A DNA stretch of 64,000 nucleotides. Source: Candidatus Pyrohabitans jungbluthii (GTDB lineage: Archaea; Hydrothermarchaeota; Hydrothermarchaeia; Hydrothermarchaeales; BMS3B). The notes beneath the pieces are model-generated. The model was given only the letters and a program-made list of their open reading frames with translations, searched no databases and was not told where the DNA came from. The stretch spans positions 13,113-77,112 of the forward strand of contig MTMD02000007.1 in the NCBI GenBank assembly GCA_002010065.2, written 5' to 3'. A program made the translations under genes and the position numbers. Below are positions 60,845 to 64,000 of this stretch, piece after piece. The stretch's first letter is position 1. Each line of letters begins with the position of its first letter.

Positions 60845-61399
60845 GTTATAGATAATGTGGATCTTCTGGACGGGCAGGTGGAGAATTCGTGCTAGGTCCT
60901 GTGCAGCTCCTTTTGAATTGGCTACAATGACATCCGCCCTTGGGTAGCTTAATCGCTTCAATAGGGGCACCAGTTTGGCAAGCAGACGCTTATCCTCAGC
61001 GATGGCTTTAGAAGGAGTGTTACTCTCTCGAACGATCAGGCGAGTTGTGGAACGGGCGAGCTTTTGAGCCCACACAGCGACGACGCTGGATTGAAATGAA
61101 ATTAACACTTCCGGCTGGGCCTGCCTTAAATAAGCGCTGAGTTTCGGGAGAGTGGTTAAAGAGATGCTCACGCGTGGGGGGACTAAACCCTTTAGACTGG
61201 GCATGCGCCGAGCCGAGCGTAAACTAATAATACGAACCGTTTCTGGCACCTGTTTCAGAAATTCATCCCGCGCATAAGCAAACAGAAGGTCCACACAATA
61301 GCCCTGCGTAACGAATGCTTTGAGCAGATTAACCAACGTACGTTCCACACCACCGCGCTCTAAGGAAGGGATAAAGAATGCTATACGCTTGCTCTTCAT
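60239..61399 (-). CDS. GT4 glycosyltransferase
   Basis: GGVER, ESN, C-terminal domain identical to the downstream GT. Confidence 0.9.
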   Translation of the reverse strand: MKSKRIAFFIPSLERGGVERTLVNLLKAFVTQGYCVDLLFAYARDEFLKQVPETVRIISLRSARRMPSLKGLVPPRVSISLTTLPKLSAYLRQAQPEVLISFQSSVVAVWAQKLARSTTRLIVRESNTPSKAIAEDKRLLAKLVPLLKRLSYPRADVIVANSKGAAQDLARILHLPVQKIHIIYNPTYDDSILEKSQEPLNHPWFQPGEPPVILGVGRLTHQKDFATLIRAFAIVRKELECRLVILGEGEERPKLEALAKELGIGEDVDLPGFVDNPYKYMARASLFVLSSRYEGLPNVLIEALACGTPVVSTDCPSGPREILMNGKGGLLVPVGNAEKMATAILKLLRDKSFAQSLLQFAREHLDRFKPETCVSKYIMLVEGKRL

Positions 61400-62574
61400 A
61401 GCTTTTCCTCATTCAACTTTTCTAAAATCTTTTGCGCTCGCTGCTCCCATGTCCACTCATGTACCTGTTCAAAAGCTGCGTCAGCGAGTCGCTGAGACAA
61501 TTGAGGGTCATCCAAAAGACGCTGGATAGCCTGAGCTAAGGCAACAGGATCACCAGGCGGCACAAGGAGAGCGTTTCGTTCATGTTCTAACACTTCTCGT
61601 AGAGCTGGTAAATCTGAAGCCACTATTGGTCGCCTTGCTGCCATATATTCAAATAGCTTTAAAGGTGAAGAATGTTTAAAATGCTGGGCATCAACTCCTA
61701 ACTGCGGATGTGCAAGGACATCCGCCGCCTGCTGAAACACTGGCACTTCAGATGGGGGTACATGTCCCCAAAGCAAGACTTGTTCAAGTTGTTGTTCCTG
61801 AATAAAACTTCTCATTTGCAACTGCTCTTGTGGGCTCCCACCAACTAAGATCACTAAGGCGTTAGACAAATAGCGGCTACTCTCCGCTAAAACATAAACT
61901 CCTCTGCTGTGAAATAAACTTCCAGTATATACAATGAGAGGAACATCCTGCGGCAAGCCCAACAGCCTCCGAGCTTCTGCTTTTGTTAACGGCTTTTCAT
62001 AACTGCGCATATCTACTGCATCGGGGAGAACAATGATCTTTTGCTTGGGCACACCGGCTTTAAGTAAATCATACTTAAGCCCATGGGAGATCGTAACAAT
62101 TAATCTTAAAGCTGAAGCATGATTGAACGCACTTATAATACGACGTGATAGGGCTCCTACCCATTGATGGACTTCTAAAATCGTTGGATAACCTCTCCGA
62201 ATGAGTTGCCAAGCGACCATATATTCTCTGGTATAGTAAAGATCCGCTTTTGACCGAGAAGCTTGCATAGCGGCTGTTAAACCAAAAATAAAATTACTTA
62301 ATGTATAAAATGGACGAAATAAGTTTCTTCCTAAATAAGGCCCTAAAGGAAACAGGTCGAGATATGGCACCCTGCGAATCTCAAAGGGAGTTTGTATACC
62401 AAAGAATTCAAACGCATCCCTATGGTGAAGGTCTGGGTTGCTCTGAAACCTATAAGGATAGAAAAGGATTACATGGTTTCCAAGCCTAGCAAAAGCTTCG
62501 CACATTCGCATCACTTGGAGCCCATGGGCCCTTTCTGTTGGCATCCTCATGTTGGCGATATAGGCGATCTTCAT
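61396..62574 (-). CDS. GT4 glycosyltransferase
   Basis: AHGLQVMRMCEAF, YTGSL, SPLKLFEYMAA. Confidence 0.9.
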   Translation of the reverse strand: MKIAYIANMRMPTERAHGLQVMRMCEAFARLGNHVILFYPYRFQSNPDLHHRDAFEFFGIQTPFEIRRVPYLDLFPLGPYLGRNLFRPFYTLSNFIFGLTAAMQASRSKADLYYTREYMVAWQLIRRGYPTILEVHQWVGALSRRIISAFNHASALRLIVTISHGLKYDLLKAGVPKQKIIVLPDAVDMRSYEKPLTKAEARRLLGLPQDVPLIVYTGSLFHSRGVYVLAESSRYLSNALVILVGGSPQEQLQMRSFIQEQQLEQVLLWGHVPPSEVPVFQQAADVLAHPQLGVDAQHFKHSSPLKLFEYMAARRPIVASDLPALREVLEHERNALLVPPGDPVALAQAIQRLLDDPQLSQRLADAAFEQVHEWTWEQRAQKILEKLNEEKL

Positions 62575-62909
62575 AGCGCTTTCACCTTACACCGAACCAC
62601 ATAACCTGCAACCCCCAGTAGGGTTACAGTGGCAAAGGACCGGTCCTCAAAAGGCAATGGCAGTTGTGTCACATCAAGTGTGTAGGCTTCTATTCCTAGT
62701 TGCCTTGCTTTTTCTATGGCAACAGGAGATATGTCTACGACAATAATATTACGAAAACCATGAGCTTGAAGATTGGCAAAAATGCCATCACCTCCTCCAA
62801 TATCTAAAACAGGATCTTTTTTAACCATTTTCATCGCTTCTATGTGCCACCTTTGAATTCCAATGGGATGTTCTAACCATTTTTTGTTTTCAAAGTCACG
62901 AACTTGCAT
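62571..62909 (-). pseudogene. Truncated class I SAM methyltransferase (N-terminal half)
   Basis: LDIGGGDG, VDIS, LPFEDRSFATVTLLGV, then ends without the LEH..P segment. Confidence 0.65.
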
Positions 62910-63299
62910 AGCTATACCTACCTCTTATTCAACTAATCAGAACATCAAATTTAAGCCCTACTTTTCCATTTTAGGAAATAACTATTAAATAACTATTTTT
63001 TTAACTTAGACCTTTTAAGCACATCTTGTCGATTTTATAGGGGTCTCAAAATAGCAGATAGTATAATATCACGATTCAATAAAATTGCTATAATGACTTT
63101 TGAAAAGACCATAACCAAAGCAAGTAAATAGAGAAAGACGATGTATTGAAAATAGAAAAATAAAAGTGTCAAAATAAATGTCATGTCTTTTTTGCGATGC
63201 AAAGATAACCTAAAGCATATATTTCAGCAAGATTACTCCTACTAATCTTATTCATTGTTTTATCGTACAGTATGAAAATATATACAAATATGGCAAATA

Positions 63300-63800
63300 T
63301 AATTCTTGTAATAACACTCATATAAAAAATTTTAGATATTAAAGATAATGAGGCTGTAAATGGGCCAAATCCTAGCGGTATTATAGTTATCTCCGAAAAT
63401 CCTGAACTATTTAATAAGCTATTTTAATTCTTTAATAATCACTCAATTTTTAATATAAATGTTTATGCCTTGATTACAATTCTCTTGTGGAAATGGAGTA
63501 TTTCCTCACAGCCTTGATGAACGCCGCTTTTTGAGAGTTCCTTGAGTATAAACCTCTAATAGCTATTTTGTCCATCTAGAATACCAAATTTTGGAGGATA
63601 CAGTGGAGACTCTTTCCAGTTTGACACTCTTGAAAAATACAGAGTGAAATATTTCATTGTACGCTTACCATACCTCTTTGTCTCCTACTACTTATACTAA
63701 AGTTAAATTTAGGGGCTATCTTTAGCGAATAGCACTAAGGAGGGAAATCTGGCACTTTACTATAACATATTACAATCTAATATAAAAGTTCGCAATAATT
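63300..63800 (-). pseudogene. Degraded gene remnant, possibly a methyltransferase
   Basis: Short in-frame fragments (e.g. NSSGFSEITIIPLGFGPFTAS) interrupted by stops. Boundaries approximate. Confidence 0.3.
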
Positions 63801-63915
63801 TCCAATGAAGCCCTAAGCAAAATCTTGTATCACCAATTGGTCAATGATATTAATACTAATGCCAGTAATTTTTATTGTGACAGAATTTTCCTAAGAGAGA
63901 ACTGTAAAAAATATC

Positions 63916-64000
63916 TTAAACTCTTTTAGCAACTAATAAATTCCTAAACCACTCAATGGTTTTTACAAGACCCTCGTCGAGGTTGTATTTTGGGTTATAG
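63916..64000 (-). CDS. C-terminus of NAD-dependent epimerase/dehydratase (rest outside window)
   Basis: YNPKYNLDEGLVKTIEWFRNLLVAKRV* is the typical extended-SDR tail. Confidence 0.7.
   Translation of the reverse strand, partial: YNPKYNLDEGLVKTIEWFRNLLVAKRV

Noticed and set aside
1-64000. tRNA, rRNA, SRP/RNase P RNA, transposase or integrase genes
   Set aside because: No diagnostic motifs recognised by eye; tRNAscan-SE/Infernal would be needed to exclude them.

Overview
Archaeal chromosomal segment (thermosome, ORC1/Cdc6, aTrm56, pantoate kinase/PPS, Tsr3, SAMP-like protein). A divergent-looking dsrAB, methanogenesis marker 12, class II HMG-CoA reductase and MutL suggest a thermophilic euryarchaeote, possibly Hydrothermarchaeota-like; that taxonomy is inference only. 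From left to right: a giant secreted glycoprotein plus a CGP-CTERM-anchored partner; thiI; a copper regulon (CopR-like regulator, YHS protein, thioredoxin, CopA) with two matching operator/promoter boxes; the archaeal CoA operon; a sulfur island; thermosome; toxin-antitoxin debris; isoprenoid genes; cdc6 with upstream repeats; housekeeping genes; mutL; and an AT-rich mosaic glycosylation island with a homopolymer frameshift and a 564-bp duplication between tandem glycosyltransferases. The best candidate for a new system is the sulfur island (20.3-30.6 kb). There dsrAB, with no dsrC/D in the window, and two ferredoxins sit next to a six-gene operon: threonine-synthase-like PLP enzyme, ubiquitin-like sulfur carrier, YkgJ, E1, TusA and DUF169. 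On the other side is an operon containing a HemA homologue that lacks its catalytic Cys. No tRNA, rRNA or CRISPR array was recognised. All assignments are from motif recognition by eye, without database searches.
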